Positions 41,920 to 55,431 of a stretch of DNA of 64,000 bases are shown here, piece after piece (the first letter of the stretch is position 1; every line of letters begins with the position of its first letter). Source of the stretch: Octopus vulgaris (lineage: Eukaryota); the NCBI GenBank assembly GCA_951406725.2, contig OX597820.1, positions 68,758,001 through 68,822,000 on the forward strand, written 5' to 3'. The notes under the pieces were generated by a model that had not been told where the DNA came from, did not search any database, and worked only from the letters and a program-made list of their open reading frames with translations. The translations under genes were made by a program, and so were the position numbers.

Positions 41920-42660
41920 TTACAAGAAGGGTGGGGGCTGTTAAGTCCAAGCAGTATATAAATTCTTAGTGTGAAAATGTACGGTTGCTCCTGGCGGAGT
42001 CTGATGCTGCCTGATTGTGTAAGGCCAGAACAAAGATTGAGGTGTTCAGTGGAGCGGTTGATCAAGTAGAAGTGATGGGGACGGGACAGGCGTGGTGGAT
42101 ATCGCATAAATGTTGTTTGAATCCGTTGGCTAAACGGTGGACAGACTACCCAACGTATAATGGGTCGCAAAATATACATTGGAGGCAATAGATGGCATTA
42201 AAAGAGAAAGCGTCCTGAATGAGGATAGTGTGTTGGCTGATCCTAGTGAGCGAGGTAGTGCTGATGAAGAGACAGATGTGGCAACGAGTCGTGGAGCAAA
42301 GATAGGATCCAGGATTGAAGCAGGGAACTACGGATTAGTAAGCCATGTAGGTTACAGGTGCGTATGAAGCAGGGGAGAAGTGGGTTGGAGAAAAGGGAAG
42401 TGGTGGGATCGGAATGGAGAAGTTGTAGGGTCCATAGAATTTTCCGACGAAAGGGTGGGACGGACAAAATGGAAACGGGATGAGAGTAGGAGACGGGTGT
42501 GGTGAAGGACGGAGGGCTGAGTTGCAATCAAGTTGGTAGGCATGGGCAACGGCGGCAGGGCCATTGGTGAAAGAGTATCCGCTTCGTATTGACAGACGGG
42601 CCAATGATTGAGATTTAGTCTCAAAATCTTGGTCGCGGCCGCACGGACGCAAAAGGCACA
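41920..42660 (-). pseudogene. PLE RT thumb, Cys-rich linker and GIY-YIG endonuclease, degenerate
   Basis: RPCGRDQDF..RSGY; LHSDPTT..FSNPLLPCFIRTCNLHGLLIRS; CSTTRCHIC; NAIYCLQCIFCDPLYVG* (42149-42199) SVHRLANGFKQH; HF..RS..L..R..EQPYIFTL..LGLN. Confidence 0.88.
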
Positions 42661-42676
42661 TATATGCACACACACA

Positions 42677-42719
<43 letters not shown>

Positions 42720-42729
42720 AGATAGATAG

Positions 42730-44050
42730 ATAATAACGGTATAATGTTTTTTTTTATTCTCCGATTTAAAGCGACAGTTTATAAATACAAACGAATCACT
42801 GAAAGATGATTCTCCAACGAGAATCGAACCCACAAATCAACGCTAACACGGCTCCTTGCGCATTCGATTGTTCAGTCATCAATTTCAGCCAAATTTAGTT
42901 AAAATATACTTAAACTGTCTAATCTATATATATAAAACTGTAGTTGTGTGAGTGTCTGTCCCCTTCGATTTAGATTCCTAACTACTCCCACATTTTGCGG
43001 TGCAGTTTAACCAAATTCGGGTATCTTATAGTCGTGATTTATATCGAGCCCGTCTGGCTATTAGCGCGCGTCTACGATGAGTCTACGATTTAAAAAATAA
43101 TTTAACATCATTTTTTATTCCATTTTAATGCATAATTTTTCGTGTGTCGATGGCAGCGGAGTTGGCGTCCACGCTCAAACACCTGCACCTGTGTTTTCTT
43201 TTCCCACTTCTTCCCTCCCTCGTGAAGCTGTGGGGAAGGGAGTTTAAGGAAATCAACGTCGTAATGCGTTGTCAAGGAGACCAGCGTTCTTTTAGAACAA
43301 CGACTTCATGGCTTGAAGACACCAAAACAGAAATGGCTAAGAAAGCCCGAATTGGCATCTATAAAGGAAGTAACTCTCTAAAAATGCTTATATAGTTATT
43401 TCCCTTACAAACCCGAGCAACGCCGGGCGATACTGCTAGTACTACATATAATATTTGTAAATAAACGTGGAAGGCTTTGTAAATTACAGTGAAAAAGCTA
43501 CTGTAGATGGTTCATAGTTTAATAATAACTATATAATAATATAGCATAATAGTATTTTATCTTCCGATTTGAATCGGCAATTTATAAATACAAACAAATG
43601 ACTGAAAAATGATGAGCTAACCCGAAGCCAAAATCGAACCCACAAGACAACGTTGCCACAATCGAACCCACAAGATACGGCTCCAAGCGCATCAGATTGC
43701 GCAAAACACACACCCATCAATTGTTAACAAATCGTTTGTTTACAAATATTATATGTAGTATAGAGGTTTAAGTATATATTAACTAGATATGGCTGAAATT
43801 GATGGATGAGTGTCTGGTCCAATCGGATGCACAAGGAGTCATGCTAGCGTTGATTTGTGGGTTCGATTCTGGCTGGGGTTAGCTCATCCGTTTTCAGTCC
43901 TTTGCTTGTATTTACAAATAGTCGCTTCAGATCGGCGAATAAAATATTATCATGATATATACATTTATTATTACACTATGAGCCATCCTTCACAGCTTTC
44001 CGTAATTTACAAAGACTTCCTTGTTTATTTACAAATATTATATCTATATA
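42730..44050. repeat. ~290-bp repeat unit with Pol III A/B boxes: partial tandem on minus (42730-43722) plus an inverted copy on plus (43734-44050)
   Basis: Three homologous segments share TTGTGGGTTCGATT, TTGTATTTA-AAA and AATCGG..AATAAAA. TTTACAAATATTATAT recurs at 43739 and 44028 (period 289). Confidence 0.8.
42923..43439 (+). mobile_element. Non-autonomous Helitron (517 bp)
   Basis: 5' TC (TCTATATATATAAAA), subterminal GC hairpin CCCGAGCAACGCCGGG (43412-43427), 3' CTAG, inserted between A and T with no TSD. The empty site is visible in the sister repeat at ~43750-43775. Confidence 0.9.
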
Positions 44051-44248
44051 GTTACATAGATAGATAAGAGTGACTGACGCTGGAACCAAGTGTTTCGTCC
44101 CTTGCACTTACTAAACTCATATATTATTCGTAAATTTTCATATTATATTGGAACACGTAATCTTTTTTACTTATTAAACAAAAAATAAATCAAAATTAAT
44201 AACATGAAAATATATATGAATTCCAATATATGCCTGTGCCCAAATATA

Positions 44249-44313
<65 letters not shown>

Positions 44314-44927
44314 CGGTGGTTTATCTGCCGGTATGAGAGACGTTTATGTAAAGGTATGTTCGTCACAAGGCAAACAATTCCAAATTGCTAACAATAAACA
44401 GAAACGAGGTGTAGAATTCATTAATTTGTGTGTTCAATAAATGATCATAGTATATGTGTGTACGAAAAAAGGTAAAATGATTCATTATATATATTGAGAA
44501 TAATATACATTGAAAAATATGTATTGTAATCATTGGTTACCCTTGTATAGTTACAGGCTATATTAATATTTCGAATCTAATTAAACTCTGTTCTATTATG
44601 GCTAGTTTATTAAATTGTTTGCAGTTTTATTTCCTTATGAATATTTTCCGTTTTTCGGTTCCACCCATATTGCCTTATATTTTCTTTAGTACTTTCATAT
44701 TTCATTTCAGCGATACCATTGTTAGTCATACAAGAAGTCTCTCTTCTTTATAATGATAAGCTACTTCAAACCAGTCTACATAGTATATGAGTTTATAGCT
44801 TATCGGTGTGTTCGAATAGGGATCGGCCAGCAATATATTCTAATAAAACTTGAGCTGTGTTATTAAATTTAAGTTACGTATTTTTCTATTTTTCGTCATA
44901 CATAGATGTCTGTAAGTATAGACATAC

Positions 44928-45061
<134 letters not shown>

Positions 45062-45724
45062 ATACATATACATATGCGTGTATATATGTATGTACGTATG
45101 TAGAGAGAGTGGGGAGACCTGGGAGAGAACGATCTTGTTTGAAAGTATTATGTGTGAGCGTGGGAATGTAACTCTTTGTTCACTACGAGAATATATTTCA
45201 GTGAAAAATAATTTATTAGTCTGCACATTGGGTTTGAACCACGGGCTATATATTAATATATAACGTAATCGATGTACACTAAATATCATATCAAGGTAGA
45301 TTTTTATTAAATAATAATGAATGTATAATATTGTCCCTCACATAAATTTAAGTTTCACATATATATTCATATATATGAACGTATGCATATAAGTATGTGT
45401 GTGTGTGTGCGTGTGTGTGTGTTTGTGTGTGTGTTTGTGTTTGTGTGTGTGTGTATGTGTGTGTGTGTGTGTATGAGTAGTGACAGGCGTAAGTTCAGAT
45501 TCACCACCCGCAATTATGTCAGCATTACTGATGAGTATTAATTTCTGTAAGAAATTAGCGTGCACCTCTCTTGCCAGTTTAATAGAACCTGTGCTTTCTG
45601 TGGTTCATGAATCTCTGAATCGTATTTCTAGCAATGTCTGTGCTCCCTGCAGCCTTGGTCACTTTTTAATGATGGGGAATTATTTACTTTTTTGGTTTTA
45701 AATTACGTATAGCCACATTAATTA

Positions 45725-46038
<314 letters not shown>

Positions 46039-46677
46039 TAAATTAACGTACAAGTGGCTGAGCACTTCATAGACACGAGAACCCTTCCCAAATAAATAGA
46101 GCACCTTGTAGATTGCATTAATATAATAGGTTGGATTTGCCTTTCTTGGCCCAGTCATTTAGAATATTCAACTCATCTTATAATATTCAGTTATTGCATT
46201 AATATTTTTTATGAAATTATTTTATCTAATTATACTAGTTCTTTTAATTTTCTACATATTAAGATTATTACTAAAAAAAATTTTCATATATCACCCCGAT
46301 GATGGAATGTAGGTGAGTTTGCGCTTGGATAACAAATCACTACCTGTAATTACAGCCATCCTAGACATTTTAAATGTTTCTCGCCGTTCCTAACAAGCAT
46401 GCCAGTTGCGTGTATTCTATGGGCTTTTGCAAGCCAATCTTTTCTAACCACTCGTTGAGTCTCCACCTCCCACCTTCGTCGCTCCTAATGCTACAACGCT
46501 AATTGGTACCTCATTTTTCTCCAACCCTACAATCTGCTTATCTCTCTCAATACGGACTAGTATATATCTATTTTGTTGATTTCTTTTTCCTTATTCTTGT
46601 ATCAAATGGTCGGGTCACATCAATTATGTTAACAGGTCCGTCTCCTTTTCTCATGAGAGCTACTGTCTGGTACTGCC

Positions 46678-47465
46678 AGTAGTTTTATTTTTACAATGTT
46701 CTTTCATTGCACTGCGGAGAGCAGCTCTATGTGCCTTGGGTATATGCTCTGGTTTGCTGTGATGCTCTTAGGGTTACTATATTGAAAGTGTTTTGCGTAG
46801 GATGTGTACAGTGCCTAGTAGTGCTATTTTCTGTACGTTATATATATATGTTTGTTAATCCTGTTTTTTAAGTATTTGTCTGAATGTTTTTTTATCATGC
46901 CTAATGCGCCCACTATGATAGAAATCATTATTGTTTTTAGACCCCACATTCGATTTACCTCTATTTCCAGGTTTTTGTATTTTGAAAATTAATTTCTCCA
47001 TTTTTTCTGAGAAACTTTGTCATCTGTTGGTATTGATACATCAGTTTGAATGCAATTTTTTCTTCATGATCTCTGACAATTATATCTGGTCTGTTGGCCT
47101 TAATTTCTCTATCTGTGTGTATTGTATCAGCACCTAGTATAGTTGCTTTCTCATTTTCTCTGACCATTTCTCGCGTATGCTTATGCCATTTTATACCACC
47201 TCCACATATTCTGAAGTTACTTATGTTTCTTTTCATTATATGATTTTTTGTAATTTCTAGTGGGGAGGATTTGGTCTTCTGCTGCAATTAAAAATCCATC
47301 AGTCTCTGCTTTGAGTCTTCAGCTTCTCAGCTATTGCTGGAATTTTGCTTTGTCTATTTCATTTGCATTTAGTTTAGCCGAGTATTTGCCTTGAAAGGGG
47401 CCATTTTTGCCATCCTTTTATCATGGTCCTTTGTTCCGGTTTTAGTTTGGATTTCAGTTGTTTTA
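46678..47465 (-). mobile_element. R4/Dong-like LINE 3' fragment (same subfamily as 10341-10700)
   Basis: Minus: LKAETDGFLIAAEDQ.LPTRNY, RICG, IHTDREIKANRPDIIVRD, IIVGALGMIKKHSDKY, VQKIALLGTVHILRKTLSI*; matching 3' UTR (TACCCAAGGCACA..GAG). Confidence 0.88.
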
Positions 47466-48984
47466 CACCTTTTGTTTCTTCTTCTTCTTCTTCTTCTTCT
47501 TCTTCTTCTTCTTCTTCTTCTTCTTCTTCTTCTTCTTCTTCTTCTTCTTCTTCTTCTTCTTCACAGTTGTTAGGTAGTATAACTTCTTGATTGTATTTGT
47601 CAGCTTCCTTAAAGGCTGAAAACAGTTTTTTTGTTTTGTTCGTGTTTTGTTGCTATTTGTATTAGTTTTACTTTCTTCTGAAGTAGGTATTTTTGCAGTC
47701 CTATTCTTCAAAACGGTGCTCCAGCATGACCGCAGTCTGATGACTGAAACAGTTAAAATATATATACATATATCTGTGTGTGTGTCCGAGAGTGTTTGCA
47801 TGTGTGTACATTTATGTATGCATATATATAAATTTGTGTGTGTGTCTGTGTAAACATACATATACGATATAAACAACATGTTTACACATATATACATATA
47901 TAAAGGAAAGTAGGATGTACCAAATATATAAGCTGTAAGTAAACTATGGAGCATAATTTTCTACTCAAAGTGCAAAAACCTAGTCTGATATAAGAGGCTT
48001 TTCCGTTGTTAAATTTTCGTATAATACCTGAGATATATGAAATAATATCGATATTCCTGTGTTTATGCGTCTAAAAGTGCGATTCCTAGGGTTTTTACGT
48101 GCTCGGTATGAATGCTATTTTAGTTTCTAATGATGCGCTTGTATTAGTCTGTATTTCTTTCATCTGTTATTTAAGGTTTATATTTTTTAATTTGTTAGTA
48201 GTTGCACTGGTCTCTAATGTGCGGTATATATTGTTTCGCTTTCAGGTTATTATGTTTAAAAACGCGAGAAGCTGTGTAAAGTTTGGAGAATGAATCTGAT
48301 AACAGTGACTAATGTTATGAAGTTTTCGGAGAGAAAATTGAAGTTTTCGTTTGAAAATGAAACCTTACCAAGAGAAATTTTACGAAAATTGTCTTGCAAA
48401 GATTTGGAAAACTGTTATTCCATTATATTAGAACATTTTTTCTTCTTCCGATATTGAAACTGAATAGTTTGTGAAATTATATTTTTAGTATTCCATTCAT
48501 TAATTGAAATTGTCATATGAACGAAAATATGTGCATCGATGGAAATAACAAGCAGCACAGTTATTCTTTTCTGATAAAGTGTAAAAATTGAATGCAAAAC
48601 GTATACAGACATTGATTGTATACAACTATAATAATACTATGCAGAAATACTAATGGAGGAAAAAGAAAATTTCATGGAAAATACCGGCTGCTCTCAAGTA
48701 CATTTTAATTGTTATTACCCGCGGGATATTCTCAGCATTTTCATTCTCTCTTTAAAAATATAGGAAGAGCTACACAGTGTAGAAGTCGTTAGAGAAATAT
48801 TTATCAAATATGATAGTGATGTCCCTTAGTTACATCAATATATACGTATATATTTTATATACGTTATATAATATATACATGCACACGCATATATTCATAT
48901 ATATACTCATATGGACATCTGTATTTCTCAACTTTATTTGTTCCTGTATACTTTAATTGCTCGTGTATCTTTGTATGTGTCTAC

Positions 48985-49062
<78 letters not shown>

Positions 49063-49068
49063 GTATAC

Positions 49069-49102
<34 letters not shown>

Positions 49103-49634
49103 GTATATATATACATGTATATGTGTGTGTTTGTGCGCGTGTGTCTGTATAATATATTTTTCTTTGTACGTCTCTGTTTGTGTGTCAGTCTATGTGTGTG
49201 TGGGTCTGTATGTGTATGTGTGTGCATGTGTGTGTGTTCTGTTCCTGTCCATGGATCTGTTTAGGTTGACATGCACTGTGTCTGAAACATACATTTCTAT
49301 TGTATATTAAATTCTTAATTGACTAAGGTCTTCTGTTCAATAATATTCTCTAGATTAACAAAGTCTTAAATTTCTTTCTTTTCAGAAATATGCTGGCAAT
49401 TTAAAGTTTAGTTATTACGATAAATGTTCAGCATTGAATACTTATTGTCTTAAAGAATACCGTTTTATTGATATTCGAATATTGAGCTCATTAAGGAATA
49501 ATGATTATGTAGTCACTATGTCTATTCAAAGAACTTGTGGATTTGGTTTTGATTTTTGTAATATTGTGATCTTCATGTGATATCTATCTATCTATCTATC
49601 TAGCTAGCTAGCTAGCTAGCTAGCTATCTGTCTG

Positions 49635-49699
<65 letters not shown>

Positions 49700-50688
49700 A
49701 TATCTATTTCTTTATCTATCTTTCTGTATGTATATATGTGTGAGTGCATGTGAGTTGCAGAAGGAGAGTCAGAGAGAGGGAGAGAGAGAAACAAAGTGAA
49801 AAGGGGGTGAAAAGAGAGAGAGAGTGTGAGAGAGAGAACGGGCGAAATGTGAATGAAAACCGAAAGGCGGAGAATTGACAGATACAGTACTTAATGATCT
49901 AGTTGCTTCCAGAAAAAATGCTTAATAGCTCTCTATACATGCAACATATCTATTTCTATTTCAAGTTAACATAATGTTAAATCTTATCTGCTTCTGTTGC
50001 TTAAAACATTACGATAATTCAGACATTTCAGTGAGCAATCATTAAAAAGTAGATGGCATGATTGATCTTAATTTTCAGGACCACATTGTGAAACTGGGAC
50101 TTTGTCCACTTTAACTTGACCATGGCTGCTACATCATATGCACAATCTGGAGAAAATATTACCAGTATTACATAAACGACCCTAACATCGAGTTCAAAAT
50201 TCCACCAAGGCAGGGATTCCATACGATATACGCTTTCTCGCAATTCAGAACAACAGCACATAATCACGCGGCAACTAAATTATTTTTCTTCGAATGCTCC
50301 TACCCTACTTAACACTATTCCGAAACAAATTTTAGAATAAAAACATCCCATTCAAACGATATCTGGACAAATTTCTTCAAGGGGTAACTGACAAGCTACT
50401 TATACCAGAAGAGATCTCTGTCAAAAACAATTCCGTTTTTCAATGGACTTTTCAATGGACTTGGCAATGTACTATTAAGTTGCATGCAGCCTAGGCAAAT
50501 TTGGCTGACACATGTATGAAGTTACTTACCGTTCAGTGGCTTTGGCAAAGGATACGAACATAGTAGGTGCTGGAGTATGAACTAAACTCCTCGATTTAAC
50601 AAGAAGTACTACTAAAGAGTTGCAATAAAATAGTATTGTAGAGAACTATCTCATGATTACCCAAATACAAGCGATGTACAGTGATCAA

Positions 50689-50748
<60 letters not shown>

Positions 50749-52323
50749 GTTGTTGTTGTTGTTGTTATTGTTGTTGTTGTTTTTATTGTTGTTGTTGTTG
50801 TTATTGTTATTATTATTATTATTAGTAGTAGTAGTAGTAGTAGTGGTTGTTTTTATTTCGTTTACAAATTAACATCGCAAACATGCTTATGGTTCAATCC
50901 CATTGCTTATTATTTTAAGCTTTTGCTTTGTACTATGACCACGTGTTAACAATAACTTTAAAATGGAATATGGTGTGCCAAGACTATATATATATTCATT
51001 ACACACGCGCGCATGCACCTACACACATATACACATACACACTCACGGTGATATTGTTCAAGAATGCATGACAGAAAATAAAAAGTATATAAAATGTATG
51101 CATCTGTCTTTGTTATTTTATCTACTTCTAACACAATTACGCAAAAACTGATATATAATCAACGTACCATGGCAGGGGAAAGAATAAATTTTTGTACCTA
51201 AGACTTTTTTAAGGAGCACAATTCTATTTGTCTATGTTCTGATCCAAATTGTAATGGAGTGGATTTTTATTCGATTCAATCATATTAATGTAAACCTCCT
51301 CTCTTCGTAATCTTTTCGTGAATCGAACCCTACCGCTTCATTGATGAGGCATTATAAGCTGATAATAGGATTTCTCTAGAATACACAGATGTTTGATCAA
51401 TGTATGCGTGAGGGCATGGTATTCTTTATGTTTTGGAAGACAGTATCTTGTCACTCAGGGTCAATTTTAATAAATTAAAAGACATGTAGAAAAAAATGAC
51501 ATTGACAGAGAGAGGGGCGAGCAGCAAAAATAAATAATTCGAAATCTTGGCTATTGATTGGTCGTGAAATGATATACGTGAAAGCAGCTTTCGTCAGAAT
51601 CTGAACTCAGATCGCAGATAACAAGAACAAAACCCAAAGACGTTCAAACAAAAGCTGACAATTCTCCATCTAATTTAATACATTATATAATATCATTGTA
51701 CCGCACAAACACCTAGGTCGATATATTGAATGGGAACCCGTCACCTAGAACTTGTAATATTGCACCACTTTAAGAAAAATAGTGTCCATTGACAATCATT
51801 ATATGCTGGGACGATAGCATTAAAGGTAATTGATTTTGGGAAGATATAGCAAGATGCATTTGTTGAGAACAAGCGTCAGATACAAAACTTGTTTGTTCAG
51901 CTAAATTACAAAGATGTTTTCCTATAATGCTGTTGAAACGATGCCAATACCAGTAATATATAAAACATATTGGAATTCCAATAATTATACGTAAATATTT
52001 CCTCTTTCGGAAATACACATATTTGGCGGAAATACACGAATGGAATCAGTTTTTGTGGCTATTAAATCCCTAAACAAAGGCACCTACAAAAGAAATTGTA
52101 ACACATCGAGCGTTATGTAGGATATACAAATGAAAGATATAGAAAATATAGTTAATTATATTATTATGAGAATTCATAGGAAGCTTAACGCCCAATCTTT
52201 GTTTCTTTATTTGGTAATACCACATCTATTCATTCTATCATTTTATACTTTGTATCCTAAGCTTTTCGATATTTCTCTCTCGCTCTCTGTCTCTTTGTTT
52301 CGTTCTCTCTCTCTCTTTGTCTC

Positions 52324-52357
<34 letters not shown>

Positions 52358-52739
52358 CCTTCTCTGTTAGTTTCTATTCTTTCTCCGTTACACAGATATT
52401 TTAATATTACTCTATAAGTAATTTAGATTTATCTATTTATCTATCTGCCGACCAACATATACCTACATACCGGCCTCTGAACGAATGCGCGTTTGCGCTT
52501 GCGTACACACACATACACACATATATATACATATATGTATATATATGTATATATGTGTCTGTGGTTATATATATATATATATACATATACCCACACACAT
52601 GTATTTGTGCATATATGTATGCGTCAGTATTGTATATCTACCTATATATTTGCCTATGCCTCTCTCTACGCTTCTACCTCTCTTTTATTTTCTTCGTATA
52701 CACACTTACAGACACACACGCGCACACACACGTGCACAC

Positions 52740-53108
52740 CCATATAAATACATACATACATATACACACACACACATACATACATACATACATACATACA
52801 TACACACACACATGCATACATATAAACATACATATATGCATACATTTACATACATACATACCTGCATACATACATACATACATACATACGTACATGCATA
52901 CATATATACATGCATGGATGCATACATACATACATACATACATACATACATACATACATACATACATACATACATGCATACATACATACGTACATACATA
53001 CATACATACATACATACATACATACATACATGCATACATACATACATACATACATACATACATACATGCATACATACATACATGCATACATACATACATA
53101 CATACATT
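52740..53108. repeat. Long (CATA)n tetranucleotide array
   Basis: Directly visible; gives the 227-aa HTYI pseudo-ORF. Confidence 0.95.
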
Positions 53109-53169
53109 CACGAGACTCGAGAATACGATTTCCGTGAAGTCATAAAGCAAGAGGGTGAATTTTTCTAAA

Positions 53170-53500
53170 AGCTATACGCAGCAAGATTTTGTGATGCATA
53201 CAAATCATTGATGACAGAACCCATCTAACAAAGGTCGACTTACTACAGGCGTAAATATTATTCCATCGGAAGCAATAAAATCTACAAAAGCCTTCCTTAG
53301 TAATGCTTGGGTAAGTTAGAACTATCCTATGGTCATTTCGATAGGGCTCTTTGATAAGGATGAAATTTTCTGAACTCATTGTTTGATATAAAATTTGACA
53401 CATAACAATACAGAAACTTGTTGCTGGTGGCTAAGTATTGAAGAACTGCTTTAGATCCTACGATTTTCAGTGAATTGTAGTTTAGCAATAGGTTATCTTT
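53170..53500 (-). pseudogene. Very decayed PLE GIY-YIG C-terminal remnant
   Basis: Across frames: SKAVLQY..TSNKF, YRND, SNLPKH, F.WNNI, ICMHHKILL; fits the PLE pattern Y.N.T.LSK..W / W.I / C.H..K.LL. Confidence 0.45.
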
Positions 53501-53544
53501 TGCCTGTATGTCTTTACTCGGTGAATATTCTAACATGAATTAAT

Positions 53545-54110
53545 GCGGTGACCTGACAGAATCGTTAACACGACAGGCAAAATGCTTAGCGGCATTTCGT
53601 TCATCTTTATGTTCCGAGTTCAAATTACGCTGAAGTTGAATTTGCCGTTCATGCAATCGATAAAATAAGTATCAGTTAACCCCTGAGGTTAATGAAATCG
53701 ATTCATTTACCCTCCACCCACCCGGAAATATCTGTTTTTCTTTTGCCTAAATCTAAAACCAATATTATAATATAAATTAACGATTTAAAATGTTCAATTT
53801 GCAAACACCTGATTTTGGGCTGGGTCCTACAGAGCAGTTCCTTTATTAAACGTTTCAAAAAATTATTGCGTGCTTCTAGCACGTAAAATGCACCATTCGA
53901 GCGTGGTCGATGCCAATAATGCCTGATTGGGCCCAATGCCGGTGGCATATAACAAGCACCCGCTACACTCTCGGAGTGGTTAACGTTAGGAAGGGCATCC
54001 AGCTGTAGAAACCTTGCCAGATCAGATTGGAACTTGGTGCAGTCTCCTGGTTTGCTAGTCCTCAGTCAAACCGTCCAACCCAAGCCAGAATGGAAAGCAG
54101 ACGTTAAACA
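53545..54110 (+). mobile_element. Diverged SINE B (53545-53760) and another SINE/LINE-tail fragment (53875-54110)
   Basis: GACAGAATCGTTAACACG..GAGTTCAAATT; then CGTTAGGAAGGGCATCCAGCTGTAGAAACC...CAACCC-AGCCAG-ATGGAAAGC-GACGTTAAAC. Confidence 0.6.
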
Positions 54111-54285
54111 TATACTGATATATGTGGATACATACATTATTTGTGTGTGTGGAGGGGACAAATCGAACACTAAATACTGAATATTGAAAATCAAGGTTTA
54201 AAAATGACAAATGGCAAAACAAGAAAAGGGCGTACATATGGAATATATTATCCTGACGCTCAGTAAAAGTGGAAAAATGAGTGGG

Positions 54286-54322
54286 AATTTTACGTTTCGA
54301 GCATGGCTCTTTGCCAGAAAGC
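54286..54322 (-). ncRNA. Inactivated minimal hammerhead relic (relative of 8887-8921)
   Basis: Minus: UUU-CUGGCAA-A-GAGC-CAU-GCUC-GAAAC-GUA-AAA; two core substitutions, stems retained. Confidence 0.5.
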
Positions 54323-55384
54323 GCTGAAAGGAAAAGCACGTGTCTAGTTACATGGCTGAAGTGACCAGAAGTACGTGTGTCTTTCTGTTTGTGTTTGTTT
54401 CACCCCACCGCTTGATAAACGGTGGTGGTTTGTTTACATGCCCGAAACTTAACAGTTCGGCGAGTAAGACTAAACAAAATCATTAGTAGTGGTGACTATT
54501 TCCTCTCTTGCAATACTTCCGGTCGGTCCCCCAATACGTCTGCAATCCCATAACTGCGAGAAAGAAATTATAAAATCAAAACATTTATAGATTCATATAT
54601 CAATGAGGGAGTGTGCTTCCTTTATCCTTACCTAAAGCTTTGTTTTAATGATACAGAATAATATAATTGAAATGCTGGTCAAATCGTAATCTTTCAATTT
54701 TAATCTCATGTAATATATATTGTTTCACTATATTCTCCTCACATTTTAAACTAACTATATTTATTATATTAGCAAAGATACCAAAGATAAATATTCTATG
54801 TTCATTATTCTGTCTTGTGCTCTCTAGCGGAGCGTAGAATCTAAGTATATTTATATATACTAACACCATGACCCGGCGTATAAATATATATGTGTGTGTG
54901 CGTGTGTGTGTGTGTTTTGTGTGTGTGCACATATATATGTATTATTATGTAAGTACTTGGACTTTGGGTGTATGTGTATTAGTATATCGATTAAAGCACA
55001 TTCATCATTTGGGATACTTAATGTCATACACAGTTACAGCATAGCTTTCACTGGATCAACTTCAGGAAATTCGTAGGGTTTATTGAGTTTATAGTTGATA
55101 AAGGAAACAGAAGATGGATTTCGTACTAAAACTATTTTCCCTTTGCTTTATCAACACACACACGAGGGAATTTTGAAAACTTTCTGGCTTTAAAGGTATC
55201 GCGAAAGGTCTGGATAGAGTCTCAACATTTTAAGGTTTGTCACTGGGCTTAGAAAAGTCGAAGGACCGCTGCAATAAATATGTGAATGTGAGAGGGTAAT
55301 ATGTTGACTAAAATCATAATTAACTGGTTCTTCTGTATTTTCTTTTATTTTTACCCAAAACCAAGAACATTTCAGCACTACAGC

Positions 55385-55429
<45 letters not shown>

Positions 55430-55431
<2 letters not shown>

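Larger units (their letters stand above)
41100..42660 (-). mobile_element. 5'-truncated Penelope-like element (Neptune-type) with 3' UTR/pLTR
   Basis: Coding remnant at 41920-42660, then a 3' region with a hammerhead-like motif and AATAAA signals near 41110-41150; flanked by (TA)n on both sides. Confidence 0.75.

Noticed and set aside
44070-44120. GGAC-GAAAC motif (and similar weak motifs near 17260-17315, 46285-46355 and 51335-51365) as hammerheads
   Set aside because: Core boxes are too degenerate to distinguish from chance.
50080-50100. GPHCET EGF-like peptide after an acceptor-like TTTTCAG
   Set aside because: No GT donor at the expected point, an in-frame stop follows, and there is no other EGF context.
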